Shown: piece by piece, positions 32,232 to 42,251 of the stretch
Numbering within the stretch: position 1 is the first letter of the stretch
How the letters are laid out: the number at the start of each line of letters is the position of its first letter
NCBI GenBank assembly: GCA_963706325.1
Contig: CAVPLT010000002.1
Coordinates: 1 to 64,000 of the forward strand
DNA length: 64,000 bases
DNA from: an uncultured Nitrospiraceae bacterium
GTDB taxonomy: Bacteria > Nitrospirota > Nitrospiria > Nitrospirales > Nitrospiraceae
Direction of reading: 5' to 3'
Notes under the pieces: generated by a model
Seen by the model: the letters and a program-made list of their open reading frames with translations, nothing else
Told to the model about the DNA's origin: nothing
The model's database searches: none
Program-made: the position numbers and the translations under genes

Positions 32232-35200
32232 TTATTGGTGGTCGGCTAAACTCACATGGCGCGTGGACTTTGTTTGGGATAATAGGAAATAGCAGACGGG
32301 GACGAGAAAAAGCGTGAGGAGGGTTGAGACTACCAGGCCACCGATGACGACCAGGCCGATGTGTCTGCGTCCGGCAGCTCCTGCGCCAGTGGCGAGCGCC
32401 AAGGGCAGTGCTGCAAGAATTGTTGCGACGGTCGTCATGAGGATGGGGCGGAGTCGAAGCACTGAAGCGTCAATGACGGCGGCTCTCGCTGCCATGCCCT
32501 GCTGGCGAAGCTGATTGGCAAATTCCACGATGAGAATGGCGTTCTTCGTCACCAATCCGATCAGGATCATCAGCCCGATTTGACTGTAAATGTTCAGCGT
32601 GCCTTGCCATAAGCTCAGAGCAAGCAGGGCGCCGGCAATCGCCGGAGGAACCGACAACAGAATTGTCACCGGATGCACAAAACTTTCGAACTGCGCGGCT
32701 AATACGAGATAGATGACCAGCAGCGCAAGGAGGAACGTAATATAGAGGTGCCCTGAGGATTCTTTGAATTCCTTTGATTCCCCTGAGTAGCTGATGCTGG
32801 CGCCGGGAGGCAGATGTTTTCTAGCCAGCTTCTCCAAGGAGGCGAGTGATTGGCTAAGGGTTGAGCCGGAGTCCACGCTAGCGCTGATGGTCACGGCTCT
32901 CAGTTTCTCGTAGTGATTCAGCTGCTTCGGGGCGACGGCCTCGCGTACAGTGACCAAGTTGCTGAGAGGGATCAAGTCGCTCTGGGCGCCTCGCACCTGA
33001 AGCTGCTCGATGTCGGAGCGCGTCCCGCGGTGTTGAGCCTGCGTCTGCACAATGACGGGATATTCCTTTCCCTCCCGCATGAACATAGTCGTTCGACGGC
33101 CACCTAGCAATGCCTCCAGCGTCCTCCCGATGGTTTCGATCGGAATGCCCAGATCTGCCGCCTTGTCACGATTGACCTCTATCCGCAACTCGGGTTTGTT
33201 GAGGTCCAGATCACTTTCGAAATTGGTCACCATTGGATGATGGACCAAGTCTGCGCGGATTTTTGACACCGTCCCATCCAGCACCTCATACGACGGGCCA
33301 CGAATGACGAGTTGAACCGGCGTTTTGCTTTCTTCTTGATTGAACGGAGGTGGGGTAAACGCGAAGGCCGTGGCCCCCGGTATTTCGGAAAGGTCCGGCT
33401 GGACTTCCGCGACGATTTCGTGCTGCGGTCGGCGGCGTTCGGACCAATCTTTCAACGTCACCCAGGTGACCGCGTGATTGACGAGCGTCGGCCGCCACCC
33501 TCTGGCGACGACACTGTAGTAGGAGTCCAACTCGGGAATCTGCGACAGAATGCGCTCTGACTCTTTCGTGTAGCCATCCGTATAGTCCAGGGTTGATCCT
33601 TCAGGAGCACTGACATGGGTAGTAAACCATCCCGTGTCCTCAAGGGGCGCGAGTTCACTCGGCAACCACAAGAGTAACAGCGCACTGACGAGCACCGACG
33701 CGAGAGCGACACCGAATACGGCCGCTCGAGCGCCGAGCGCGAATTGCAGCGCCGATCGATAACGCTCGATCGTCCATTGAAGCCATCCGGCGGCATCCAG
33801 GCCAGAGAGTCCTCCGGAAGGGGTCGGGCCCGCTGTCGATCCTAGGAGCCGAGCGCACATGGCCGGGGTGAGGGTCAAGGCGATGAACCCGGACAGCAGT
33901 ACTGATCCGGCCACTGCGATGCCCAATTCGGTAAAAAGTCGTCCGACGACGCCGGGAAGAAACGCAATCGGCAGGAACACGACTGCCAACGACAGAGTGG
34001 GCGAAATAACAGCAAATCCGATCTCGCGGCTGCCTTCTATCGCCGCTTGCATGGGGCTCAAACCGCGCTCGATTCGTCGATAGACATTCTCCACCACGAC
34101 GATGGCATCGTCGACGACCAGTCCGATGGCAAGGACGAATCCGAGCAGCGTGATCGTATTGATCGAGCAGGAAGTCACGTGCATGATCACGAACGTTCCC
34201 AGTATGGACCCAGGAATGGCCACTGTCGGAATTAACGTAGCCCGGAAACTCCGCAAGAAGAAAAACACCACTAATACGACCAAGGTCAGGGAGAGACCGA
34301 CGGCCAGATACACCTCATGGAGGGAATGCTCGATATAGATAGAGCTGTCGAAGGCGGTGACTAGCTTCATGCCATCAGCCAGCGATGCTTCCAGGGCGGG
34401 GAGTTGTTGCTTGACGGCACGCGTGGCCTCCAGGGTATTAGCCTTCGATTGTTTCATAATTCCAAGGCCGACGGCGGAACGGCCGTTGACTCGTACCAAT
34501 TTTCGGTCGTCTTCGGCACCGATTTCGGCGGAGCCGACATCCTGCAGTCGAATTGGGTATCCATCGCGATAGGCGAGAATGAGCTGGTTAAATTGGGCCG
34601 GCTTCTCCAGCCCCCCGCCCATTCTGACGCTGAACTCGCGCTGAGTACTCTCGATCCGACCCGTTGGGATGGAGACGTTCTGGGTCATCAGGGCATCCTC
34701 GACATCCTCGACGGTCAGCAACCGTGAGGCGAGCCGATCCGGATGGAGCCACACTCGCATGGCATACCGTCTTCCTCCATCGAGCATGACGCTGGAGACG
34801 CCGGGCAAGGAAGAGAGCCGATCTTTGATCTGACGTTCCGCAAAATCCGTAATTTCAAGTTCGGAATGACGATCACTGATCAAGGCCAACCACATGATTC
34901 CATCCGCCTCGCTGTCCGATTTCATCACCAAGGGAGGTTCGATCCCCCGAGGGAGCAACGTCAGCACGCGGGCCACGCGGTCTCGGACGTCGTTGGTGGC
35001 GGCATCCAGATTGCGCGTGAGGGTGAACTCGATGGCGATGGTGGACAGGCCTTCCCGGCTACTGGATCGCAAGGTGCGGAGCCCTTCGATTCCGCTGAGG
35101 GCGTCTTCGAGAATGGCGGTGATATCCGTTTCGACCAACTGCGCATCGGCACTCTGATAGACTGTTAATACCGATACGATCGGGAACGTGATATCCGGAT

Positions 35201-35309
35201 ATTCGCGAACAGGCAGGCGTGAATAGCTGAGGAGGCCAAAGAGCATCAGCAAAAGCGTCATGACCGTCGCCAGGACGGGACGCCGAATAGACAATTCCGA
35301 CAAGCGCAT
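32232..35309 (-). CDS. RND efflux permease (AcrB/MdtB family)
   Basis: 1025 aa; GLVVDDAIVVVEN, KNAILIVEF and RLRPILMT proton-relay motifs. Confidence 0.95.
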   Translation of the reverse strand: MRLSELSIRRPVLATVMTLLLMLFGLLSYSRLPVREYPDITFPIVSVLTVYQSADAQLVETDITAILEDALSGIEGLRTLRSSSREGLSTIAIEFTLTRNLDAATNDVRDRVARVLTLLPRGIEPPLVMKSDSEADGIMWLALISDRHSELEITDFAERQIKDRLSSLPGVSSVMLDGGRRYAMRVWLHPDRLASRLLTVEDVEDALMTQNVSIPTGRIESTQREFSVRMGGGLEKPAQFNQLILAYRDGYPIRLQDVGSAEIGAEDDRKLVRVNGRSAVGLGIMKQSKANTLEATRAVKQQLPALEASLADGMKLVTAFDSSIYIEHSLHEVYLAVGLSLTLVVLVVFFFLRSFRATLIPTVAIPGSILGTFVIMHVTSCSINTITLLGFVLAIGLVVDDAIVVVENVYRRIERGLSPMQAAIEGSREIGFAVISPTLSLAVVFLPIAFLPGVVGRLFTELGIAVAGSVLLSGFIALTLTPAMCARLLGSTAGPTPSGGLSGLDAAGWLQWTIERYRSALQFALGARAAVFGVALASVLVSALLLLWLPSELAPLEDTGWFTTHVSAPEGSTLDYTDGYTKESERILSQIPELDSYYSVVARGWRPTLVNHAVTWVTLKDWSERRRPQHEIVAEVQPDLSEIPGATAFAFTPPPFNQEESKTPVQLVIRGPSYEVLDGTVSKIRADLVHHPMVTNFESDLDLNKPELRIEVNRDKAADLGIPIETIGRTLEALLGGRRTTMFMREGKEYPVIVQTQAQHRGTRSDIEQLQVRGAQSDLIPLSNLVTVREAVAPKQLNHYEKLRAVTISASVDSGSTLSQSLASLEKLARKHLPPGASISYSGESKEFKESSGHLYITFLLALLVIYLVLAAQFESFVHPVTILLSVPPAIAGALLALSLWQGTLNIYSQIGLMILIGLVTKNAILIVEFANQLRQQGMAARAAVIDASVLRLRPILMTTVATILAALPLALATGAGAAGRRHIGLVVIGGLVVSTLLTLFLVPVCYFLLSQTKSTRHVSLADHQ

Positions 35310-35332
35310 AGGAAATTTCCGGACGCGAGGGA

Positions 35333-36415
35333 TTAGCGAGGGGGTGTCGGCGAGATGGCCCGGATTTTTGCGCCATCCTGCAGCTTGTGATGCCCGACCC
35401 GAACAATAACGTCCTGTTCATGGAGTCCACTGAGAACCTGCACATATCCTCTCGTGCGTGTGCCAAGCTCAACGGCGGTTCGATGCGCCGTCCCGTCCTG
35501 GGTTCGATACACGAATGCCTGATCTTTAGTGGGAATAACGGCTTCCTCAGGAATCAACATGGCACGTTCCTGCTGGCCCAAATGCAGAGTGACCTGGGCG
35601 AACATGCCGGAGCGTAAACGCTGTTCCACATTGGGAATATGGGCCCGCACCTGAACGGCTCTGGTCGTCATGTCAACCCGGGAGTCGACGACATAGACTG
35701 TACCGCGAAACATCTCCCCCAGATAGGCATCCGTGGTGAGTTCGAGGGACTGACCGGGAGCAAGGTGACGGAGGAGCGTTTCAGGAACTTTGAAATCGAT
35801 CTTCAACGTCCGAACATCCTCGAGGTTGACCAAATCCTGGCCGGTCGAAACGAAGTCTCCGGGCGACACGCGACGGATGCCGAGGATGCCATCGAATGGG
35901 GCGCGAATTTTTGTCTTGGCGAGACGGGTGCTGTACAAGACATAGTTGGCCTGCGCGACCTGGAGAGATCCGGCGACCTCGTCGAGTTGTTGTTTGGTGA
36001 CGTATCGCTTTCCCTCCAAATCAAGTGGCTTCAGGCGTTCATAAGTCAGTCGTGAGACCTTGAGCTGGGCCGTGGTTTGCGACAGTTCGGCCTGAAGCTC
36101 GGAATCATCCAACTCTATCAACAAAGTATCTTTCGCAACGGTCTGGCCCTCCTGGAAAAGGATTTGACGAATCCGACCGGCCATCTCGGGACGAATCACG
36201 ATTGATTCGTTAGCGCGAAGTGTTCCAACTGCTCGAATGCTTTGCTGGACAGACTGAATGCTGACCGGTGACAGGACGACGGCCGTCTCATTCTCCGCGG
36301 CGTCGACCGGTTCGGATCCTCCGCTTGCCGTCAAACCGGTCCATTTGAGCGCCACGAGTGTAAGGATCGCCAAAAGACCGAAAAGAACCCCATACGTTCT
36401 GCGAGGAGCGTTCAT
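35333..36415 (-). CDS. RND membrane fusion protein
   Basis: N-terminal TM, lipoyl halves (IRAPFDG), alpha-hairpin, LRSGMF. Confidence 0.93.
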   Translation of the reverse strand: MNAPRRTYGVLFGLLAILTLVALKWTGLTASGGSEPVDAAENETAVVLSPVSIQSVQQSIRAVGTLRANESIVIRPEMAGRIRQILFQEGQTVAKDTLLIELDDSELQAELSQTTAQLKVSRLTYERLKPLDLEGKRYVTKQQLDEVAGSLQVAQANYVLYSTRLAKTKIRAPFDGILGIRRVSPGDFVSTGQDLVNLEDVRTLKIDFKVPETLLRHLAPGQSLELTTDAYLGEMFRGTVYVVDSRVDMTTRAVQVRAHIPNVEQRLRSGMFAQVTLHLGQQERAMLIPEEAVIPTKDQAFVYRTQDGTAHRTAVELGTRTRGYVQVLSGLHEQDVIVRVGHHKLQDGAKIRAISPTPPR

Positions 36416-36501
36416 GAGTGATGTAATCGCCGCGAAATGCTCGCGCTGGTGGACAGACGGTCTGCATGCCGGCTGAGTTTAGGAGTACGAAGGCCTGCGG
36501 A

Positions 36502-36957
36502 CTATTTGAACTCGAGCTTTTTCAACCCATGCACGGGCATTTCCACCTGTCCGAAATCCGAGTCGCCCTTGAAGCTTCCATCGATCGCGAGCGGAAATTC
36601 TCCTGTCTTGCCGTTCGTCAACGTAATATTCAGCGTCGGAGGGGTTTTCTCAGCGCCTGGTTTCACATCAATGTGCTTGATGCCGTCAAATTTGATATTG
36701 ACCGTTGCAGTCCCGCGCTTCACAGGCAGATGCTTCAACTCGTGGGGAATGAAAGCCGTTTCGCTGACTTTTTCTTCCCAGTAGAACAGCACATTTTTTA
36801 AATCCGTCTGCATGTCCTTGGTATCGGTCACCAGGGCATGAAAGGGTTTGTCGCCATTGTGTTGGGCTTGTGCTGGAATTCCCGCCAGGCACAAGAGCGT
36901 CCCCACCGCTGCGAGACTGGCGAGGTACTGCCGGATATGGTGTCTTCGATGCGTCAT
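36502..36957 (-). CDS. Secreted/periplasmic hypothetical protein
   Basis: GGAGG RBS; signal peptide ending AQA; beta-rich mature part; lies between tonB and the MFP. Confidence 0.7.
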   Translation of the reverse strand: MTHRRHHIRQYLASLAAVGTLLCLAGIPAQAQHNGDKPFHALVTDTKDMQTDLKNVLFYWEEKVSETAFIPHELKHLPVKRGTATVNIKFDGIKHIDVKPGAEKTPPTLNITLTNGKTGEFPLAIDGSFKGDSDFGQVEMPVHGLKKLEFK

Positions 36958-36992
36958 AATCCCTCCGTTTTTAAAGCAGGTCAGATACATGG

Positions 36993-37991
36993 TTATTCCA
37001 TCCGATACGAAAAGGGCAGATGGAGTTGAATTTGCTGCTGAGCCAGGGCATGTTTCACGTCGAGTGGAAAGGCTTTGCGCACCATGTCCAGCGTGTGCCG
37101 GTCCAGCAGGGTATGCCCGGAACTCTCTTCGAGGGACACATCAAGCAAATGGATCGCCGCACCTCGCTGCTCAATGGTCAACCTCAGGATGACTTTTCCT
37201 TCCCAATGATTCCGTCTGGCTTCCTGCGGATACCGTTTTCGCTGTTCAACAGTGGACCAAAGGGCCTGGGACAGCCATCCATAATCGGGTTTGGTGGTCG
37301 GTCTCGATCGCACGGACAGATGCTGTACTTGCGCGCGTTGCTGAACTTCCGGGGCAACTCTGGCCGTGACAATCTGTTCGACCTCGCGAGGAGTCTCAAC
37401 CGGTGCCTGCGAGTCTGCGACCACACTACGCTCCGTGACAGGGGAGACCGTTTGAGTCACCGCGGCTGTGACGATGGGCTGAGCCGTGACGATTGGCGCC
37501 TCAACAGCTTCTGTTGTCTCCACCGGGGTTTCCGTTCGGTTTACCATCTGAGTCACTTCCGGCGCTGGCTGGTGCTCTTCCTGCACAGGACGTGTCACGG
37601 TTTCAACCTGTTGTTGCACTTGCTGGATCGGTTCTGCGGTTTGCAGTGGAACTGTATCTTGCACCGGCTGTATTTCCTGCACAGGTTGCGGTGTTTGCAC
37701 GACCGGCTCGGTCTTGACCGGTTCAATTTTCTTGGGTGTCGGCGCCCGAATGGTTTGCGGCACGGGAGGGGGCGGCGGAACGGGAGGAGGCGGTGTTTCG
37801 ATTGGTTCCTCCGGTGGCGTGGGCGCTTGCACCATCGCCACATCCCACTTGAATGGTTCCGGGGGAGGCGCTATGGTCATCTCCGCCACCAGCGCCAACG
37901 CCGCGCTCACGAGCACGCCATGCGTGGCCACCGAAAAGACCCAACATAACGTCGAGCGGCGACGGTGCGTCCGGGACTGGTCCACACTCAT
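36993..37991 (-). CDS. tonB: Energy transducer TonB
   Basis: TM with SxxxH, Pro/Glu-rich linker, YPQEARR-EG-V and SSGH-LLD C-terminal domain. Confidence 0.9.
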   Translation of the reverse strand: MSVDQSRTHRRRSTLCWVFSVATHGVLVSAALALVAEMTIAPPPEPFKWDVAMVQAPTPPEEPIETPPPPVPPPPPVPQTIRAPTPKKIEPVKTEPVVQTPQPVQEIQPVQDTVPLQTAEPIQQVQQQVETVTRPVQEEHQPAPEVTQMVNRTETPVETTEAVEAPIVTAQPIVTAAVTQTVSPVTERSVVADSQAPVETPREVEQIVTARVAPEVQQRAQVQHLSVRSRPTTKPDYGWLSQALWSTVEQRKRYPQEARRNHWEGKVILRLTIEQRGAAIHLLDVSLEESSGHTLLDRHTLDMVRKAFPLDVKHALAQQQIQLHLPFSYRME

Positions 37992-38362
37992 GACCGTACG
38001 ACCTCCAGGTTGACCTGTTGGAAGCCCAAGCCACGGACTTCATCCACGACCAAGACAAAGCGTTCCAGAATCGTCACCTTGTCGGCTCGCACGAGCACCG
38101 AGGATTCACGGGGGTGCGGCGCCATGGCACTTTTCAGGCCGTTCGGAGGAATTGGTGTATCGTTGATGAATAAATTTCCCTCCGATGTCATCGTGATCAC
38201 CAGTGGAACATCCTTCCGATCACCTGCTTCCTTGGCTTTGGCCAGTTGGACGGGAATCTGGCCCGTCGTGATGAAGGTGGCAGTCGTCAGGACGATCACC
38301 AGCAAGACGAGCATCACATCCACCAGCGGAATCACATTGATCTGGTGAATTTCACGTTCCAT
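37988..38362 (-). CDS. exbD: Biopolymer transport protein ExbD
   Basis: INVIPLVDVMLVLL and VRADK motifs. Confidence 0.93.
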   Translation of the reverse strand: MEREIHQINVIPLVDVMLVLLVIVLTTATFITTGQIPVQLAKAKEAGDRKDVPLVITMTSEGNLFINDTPIPPNGLKSAMAPHPRESSVLVRADKVTILERFVLVVDEVRGLGFQQVNLEVVRS

Positions 38363-38777
38363 GTTGAACCTTGAACGTCGTGAGGAGCTCGGTCACACGC
38401 CGGCGAAGCACATTATTCATGACGACGCAGGGGATGGCGACCAATAAACCGACCGCTGTCGCTTTCAACGCGAGGCTGAGGCCGACCATAATCGACTGGA
38501 CCGCCATCGTGCCGGATGTGCCCATGGAGTGGAAGGTCAGCATGATACCGAGCACAGTGCCCAGCAATCCGATATAGGGAGCATTGGCGGCCACGGTGCC
38601 GATGACGACCAGGCGTTTTGTCAAAGCGATCTCGCATTCTTGCTCGCTGCGAAAGCGGCTGACATCCACGCTCCGGAAAAACCGCCAACGTTCCATTGCC
38701 ACACCGATCGACCACAGACTCAGGGCGATTAAAAGGCCGATAATGCCATAGTCGATTAAGTGTTTCAGTCCTTCCAT
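38352..38777 (-). CDS. exbB: Biopolymer transport protein ExbB (short type)
   Basis: APYIGLLGTVLGI and ALKATAVGLLVAIP motifs. Confidence 0.93.
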   Translation of the reverse strand: MEGLKHLIDYGIIGLLIALSLWSIGVAMERWRFFRSVDVSRFRSEQECEIALTKRLVVIGTVAANAPYIGLLGTVLGIMLTFHSMGTSGTMAVQSIMVGLSLALKATAVGLLVAIPCVVMNNVLRRRVTELLTTFKVQHGT

Positions 38778-39059
38778 TGAAAGGATCCTTTCTTGTGACT
38801 CCGCGAAAACGCCCTAAAATGCTGATTGAACAATATTGCTGAGATGGCGCGTAGCACCTCAGTAGTAATGACGTACAGAGACACGCATTCCACACCCTCA
38901 CTGAATAAAAATTTTAAACGATTGAAATTACACGGAGTTTGATAGGCATTCCTACAGTCAGGCTCATTCGACTTGATGCCGGTTGGGTGGGAGTGGAAAG
39001 CGAGTCAATGGGTGTCTCGGATCAACACTGATGGAAGGAACACCCTTTCGATATGGCAG

Positions 39060-39540
39060 ACATATTCTGCGTCGGGTCGGTGACTGTTCTACAGCTCTTT
39101 TAATCGTTTCCTGACCGATTTCCCGTCGTTTTTTCACTTCTACCGGCATCGTCAAAACTCTGGACTTCTATCGTTGTGAGGGAGCTTCGCAGGGCGTATC
39201 GGACCTGATGACATTCCAAAGAAAAGAGATCATATCTCAACTTCGAACTGGGTGGGAGCGGCAATTGGGAGCCTGGTGGTCCGATCGCGACCGACTCCAG
39301 GCCACGTCTCCTGTCAATCACGCCATAGCATACGCACGCCTCTCTTGACGTGCGTGGGGCGGAGGATCGGTCGAACAATCCCGAGATGGTCGAGGCCCTG
39401 AAGCAGCAGGCTTCGAAGGCATGCGTTATGTCGAACAGCCCGATGGCAATCATCACCTCAGTCGGCAACAAGACCGTGGCGGTTCTTTCGTGAGATGGAC
39501 AGGTTTCTCTCAATCCATCTCGATCGGACCAGGGGCGGAA
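39060..39540 (+). pseudogene. Remnant of an S9 family (prolyl oligopeptidase-like) peptidase C-terminus
   Basis: Frame-hopping motifs TGIVKT-DFYRC, SFAG/GVSDL, SPVNHA, GAEDR, VEQSR-MVEALK, RYVEQPDGNHHLS, FFREMDRFL. Confidence 0.6.
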
Positions 39541-39757
39541 ACCAGGTTTCACAGTGCCCGGTGAAGGAGAGGTGGCATTATGAACATTCAGCAGTGGACC
39601 TTTCCCATCAGGCGCCATCACGACCGCGCCGACATCCTGTGAAACTCAGTTCGGTCTATGAGCAGGTTCACACGATCCCGTCGCTCAGGTATCCTGAGCA
39701 ACTTCAGGCGGTGGTATCAATCCTTTGTCTGTGGCCAACACCCGATTAGCAAAGCGG

Positions 39758-40159
39758 CTATCGGGCGGAGGTTCGGCCGTCAAAGTGGTGATCGTGATCC
39801 GCGTCGGCTTCCCGCTTGGTTTTGTGAATGGTCCCATCTTTATGTTCTGGCGGGCTGTAGAGGCTGTAGAGTCGGAGGTCTGCCGTCCGCCCGCTATTGA
39901 CCACGTTATGCCGGGTTCCGGCTGGAACGACGACGGCAAACCCGTCGCTCACCGCGTGTTTTTCCCCATCCAGGATAACGGTTCCCTCCCCCTCTTCGAA
40001 GCGAAGAAACTGGTCCAGTTCGTGGACTTCTTCTCCGATTTCCTCACCGGGCTTGAGATTCATCAACACCAATTGAGAGTGTTGTGCCGTGAAAAGTACC
40101 TGCCGGTAATGCTGATTTTTTCGAGTGGCGTCTTCGATCTGAATGATGTAGCCCTTCAT
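39758..40159 (-). CDS. Cupin domain protein
   Basis: SQLVLMNLKPGEEIGEEVH, DQFLRFEEG, VPAGTRHNV, YSPPEH motifs. Confidence 0.88.
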   Translation of the reverse strand: MKGYIIQIEDATRKNQHYRQVLFTAQHSQLVLMNLKPGEEIGEEVHELDQFLRFEEGEGTVILDGEKHAVSDGFAVVVPAGTRHNVVNSGRTADLRLYSLYSPPEHKDGTIHKTKREADADHDHHFDGRTSAR

Positions 40160-40404
40160 TGCAATATCTCTTTCATGTAGATGGCACGTAAGAAAGTCAG
40201 CGGGACCCCAGTGGGCGTGACAAGAACAACTATCGAGCGCTCGGCAACCCTGACATGTTGGCCCATGCCGCCAGGTGTCCTGCAGACTCGTGTCAGGTAT
40301 GGAGCGCATGCTGGCTGAATTTTGGATGGGTGTCAATATTGCCCCGGAACACTCCCACAGGTTCTCCATCTCAGCTGCAGTGCATAGATAATAAATTATT
40401 TCAT

Positions 40405-40545
40405 TCAGCGTGGTATGGCCTGACCGGCAACACTGGCTAGGATTTTCTGTGCTGAATCGGGTTCAGGGAAGAGCTGTTCGGCGGGGATCTTGCGTTTTTT
40501 CAACCAGAGATACAAGCCGCTGACTAGGACAACGATCGTGACGGT
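40405..40545 (-). pseudogene. C-terminal fragment of a PepSY-associated TM helix protein, joined to a lipoprotein signal fragment (to 40627)
   Basis: TVTIVVLVSGLYLWLKKRK...PR*; upstream MPNLADLSIALIVLMTAGLIGC is in another frame across a G7 run. Confidence 0.5.
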
Positions 40546-40922
40546 CGGGGGGGACCTGGGCACAGCCTATGAGGCCAGCAGTCATGAGCACTATCAAGGC
40601 GATGGAGAGGTCGGCCAGGTTGGGCATGGCGCCACCAGTTGTGGAAGGTATTGTATCTCTTAACGTTGCCACCCGTAGACTGTGGGGTCAAGGGACCACA
40701 TCGAGCTGAGAGGCGTAGGGAGCCGAGCGGGGGCAAACCACTCGACTCCCTCAACGCTGCCCGGCGCCTTGCAGAAGGGGCGGGGCACTCTGTCGAACTG
40801 CTTATCGTGACAGAGGTTCTATGTATTAAGACGTGTAACTTTGGTTGAACCGCACTGTCCGGAACTGACACGCTTCACGTATCCGTTCCTGTCAAAGCCT
40901 ATGGCGATGATTGTCACGACTG

Positions 40923-41132
40923 CTATCGATGGAAAGCCCGGGGAGATTGGCCTTGACGATGCGGCCGGAGGCCATACCACAAAATGACCGCCACCGGAAT
41001 GGCGAGGGCGATCCAGGACACTGTGTCCCATATACCATCTCCCAAGAGAGCGGAAATCAGGCCAACAGCGCTCATGACGCCAATCGCGATCGGCATGCCC
41101 CAGATCTGACTACCCAAGTGTGTCGTCAGCAT
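40923..41132 (-). CDS. Small 2-TM protein of the kind that follows PepSY-TM iron genes
   Basis: IWGMPIAIGVMSAVGLISALLGDGIWDTVSWIAL. Confidence 0.65.
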   Translation of the reverse strand: MLTTHLGSQIWGMPIAIGVMSAVGLISALLGDGIWDTVSWIALAIPVAVILWYGLRPHRQGQSPRAFHR

Positions 41133-41479
41133 TTGGCTGTCTCCTGATTGTGCTTCGTCCCCCGAGCGGCGTCGGCAAGTGGCTGAGCTAAGATCGATAC
41201 CGTATCGGCGATGCCCGTTTCAAGCCATTGGGTCAGCATCGGATGGGCAAGTCCCTTCTCGCGCATCGTGTATTCCAGACCTTCGAACAGTTTCCTGTAA
41301 GGGCCTGAACAGTACAGGCGATTTGAGATCACCAGCGCTGTACCGTTATTGCAGGCGTCCTGAATCATGGTTCTGATTTCGGCAACCGCCTTGTCGCGTT
41401 TCTCAGGCAGAAAGTGCTGCAGATCGCGTCCATGTTCTTCGATGAGGGTCGATAACTCCTCGTGCGTCAGGTCAGACAT
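41126..41479 (-). CDS. Hypothetical or chimeric ORF; N-terminus resembles the start of a FecI-type ECF sigma factor
   Basis: LSTLIEEHGRDLQHFL resembles LSAFQEHHHDLLRFF of the FecI-like protein at 49897-50409; Fur-box-like site upstream. Confidence 0.4.
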   Translation of the reverse strand: MSDLTHEELSTLIEEHGRDLQHFLPEKRDKAVAEIRTMIQDACNNGTALVISNRLYCSGPYRKLFEGLEYTMREKGLAHPMLTQWLETGIADTVSILAQPLADAARGTKHNQETAKC

Positions 41480-41512
41480 GCAATCGGCCTTCGTGAATGC
41501 GTGACGGTCTGC

Positions 41513-41527
41513 GGAAAATGGTTCTCA
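41513..41527 (-). promoter_or_regulatory. Fur-box-like operator
   Basis: Minus strand TGAGAAC-C-ATTTTCC, just downstream of a TATCAT -10-like hexamer; first 10 nt identical to the 51981-51997 box. Confidence 0.55.
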
Positions 41528-41756
41528 TGGCAAGATGATAGGAGCGGACGTGGTCATAATGGAATGTTCAAACTCCAGGTCTATTTGGCCGGAGCTGGAT
41601 TTAGAAGGATCCTTGAGCTGCATTGAGGCGAAGGATCACGCGAGAGAAGAAAAGAAGCCGGTGTGAAGGTGTGGTTCGCCCATCGTCATTCGTCTTATTT
41701 CATAGAGGGTGTGATGCTTCGGCCACTAAGCGGTTGGTACACGGTTGGAGAGATGC

Positions 41757-42251
41757 ATGAATGTGCCCATGAAAATTGCGGGCCGGACGCAGAAACCGCG
41801 TGCCGTCCAGAACGCCATCAGGCAACTTCGCTCAAAGCTGGTTCGCTCAAGGCTGAAATGGAGCACTCAGCGCGAGCAAATTGTGACCACATTCCTGGCT
41901 CAAAATCATGTCACGATCCGTGATCTCTATGTCTTACTTAACCGAAATGGGCAACGCACCCCGTTAGGGACGATTTATCGCACGATGCGGGTGTTATGCG
42001 ATGTCGGGTTTGCTCAAACGCGATGCTTTGGAGACAAAACGCAGTATGACAACATTTTCGTGAAGGGTGATCATGACCACCTGATCTGCACTCATTGCGG
42101 GCATATCGTCGAGTTCGAGGAGCCGACCATGGAGGGAATCCGGCAGGAGATTGCGGCGGAAAACGGGTTCAGTCTGACCGCTCGAAACGTCGAACTGTAT
42201 GGCATCTGCTTCCCTTGTCAGAACAAAGGAAGGGTGCCGCAAGCTCTGTAG
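41757..42251 (+). CDS. fur: Fur family transcriptional regulator
   Basis: TQRE-I, TIYRTM, HDHLICTHCGHIVEF and LYGICFPC motifs. Confidence 0.88.
   Translation: MNVPMKIAGRTQKPRAVQNAIRQLRSKLVRSRLKWSTQREQIVTTFLAQNHVTIRDLYVLLNRNGQRTPLGTIYRTMRVLCDVGFAQTRCFGDKTQYDNIFVKGDHDHLICTHCGHIVEFEEPTMEGIRQEIAAENGFSLTARNVELYGICFPCQNKGRVPQAL

Noticed and set aside
37500..37830. Repetitive sequence inside tonB as a repeat array or CRISPR
   Set aside because: Explained by the Pro/Gln/Val-rich TonB linker; no constant repeat-spacer periodicity
37020..37949. 309-aa plus-strand ORF and other long antisense ORFs (12006-13022, 56010-56753, 58183-59028)
   Set aside because: Shadows of well-supported opposite-strand genes, with no motifs of their own
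38935..38960. TTGATAGGCATTCCTAC as a Fur box for exbB
   Set aside because: Only about 5 of 7 matches per half-site and no clear adjacent promoter; too weak to call
40730..40760. GGGCAAACCACTCGA resembles the start of a c-di-GMP-I riboswitch
   Set aside because: No GNRA-capped P2 closure, no GACGCAAAGCC segment and no P3; the bases are used in a different hairpin
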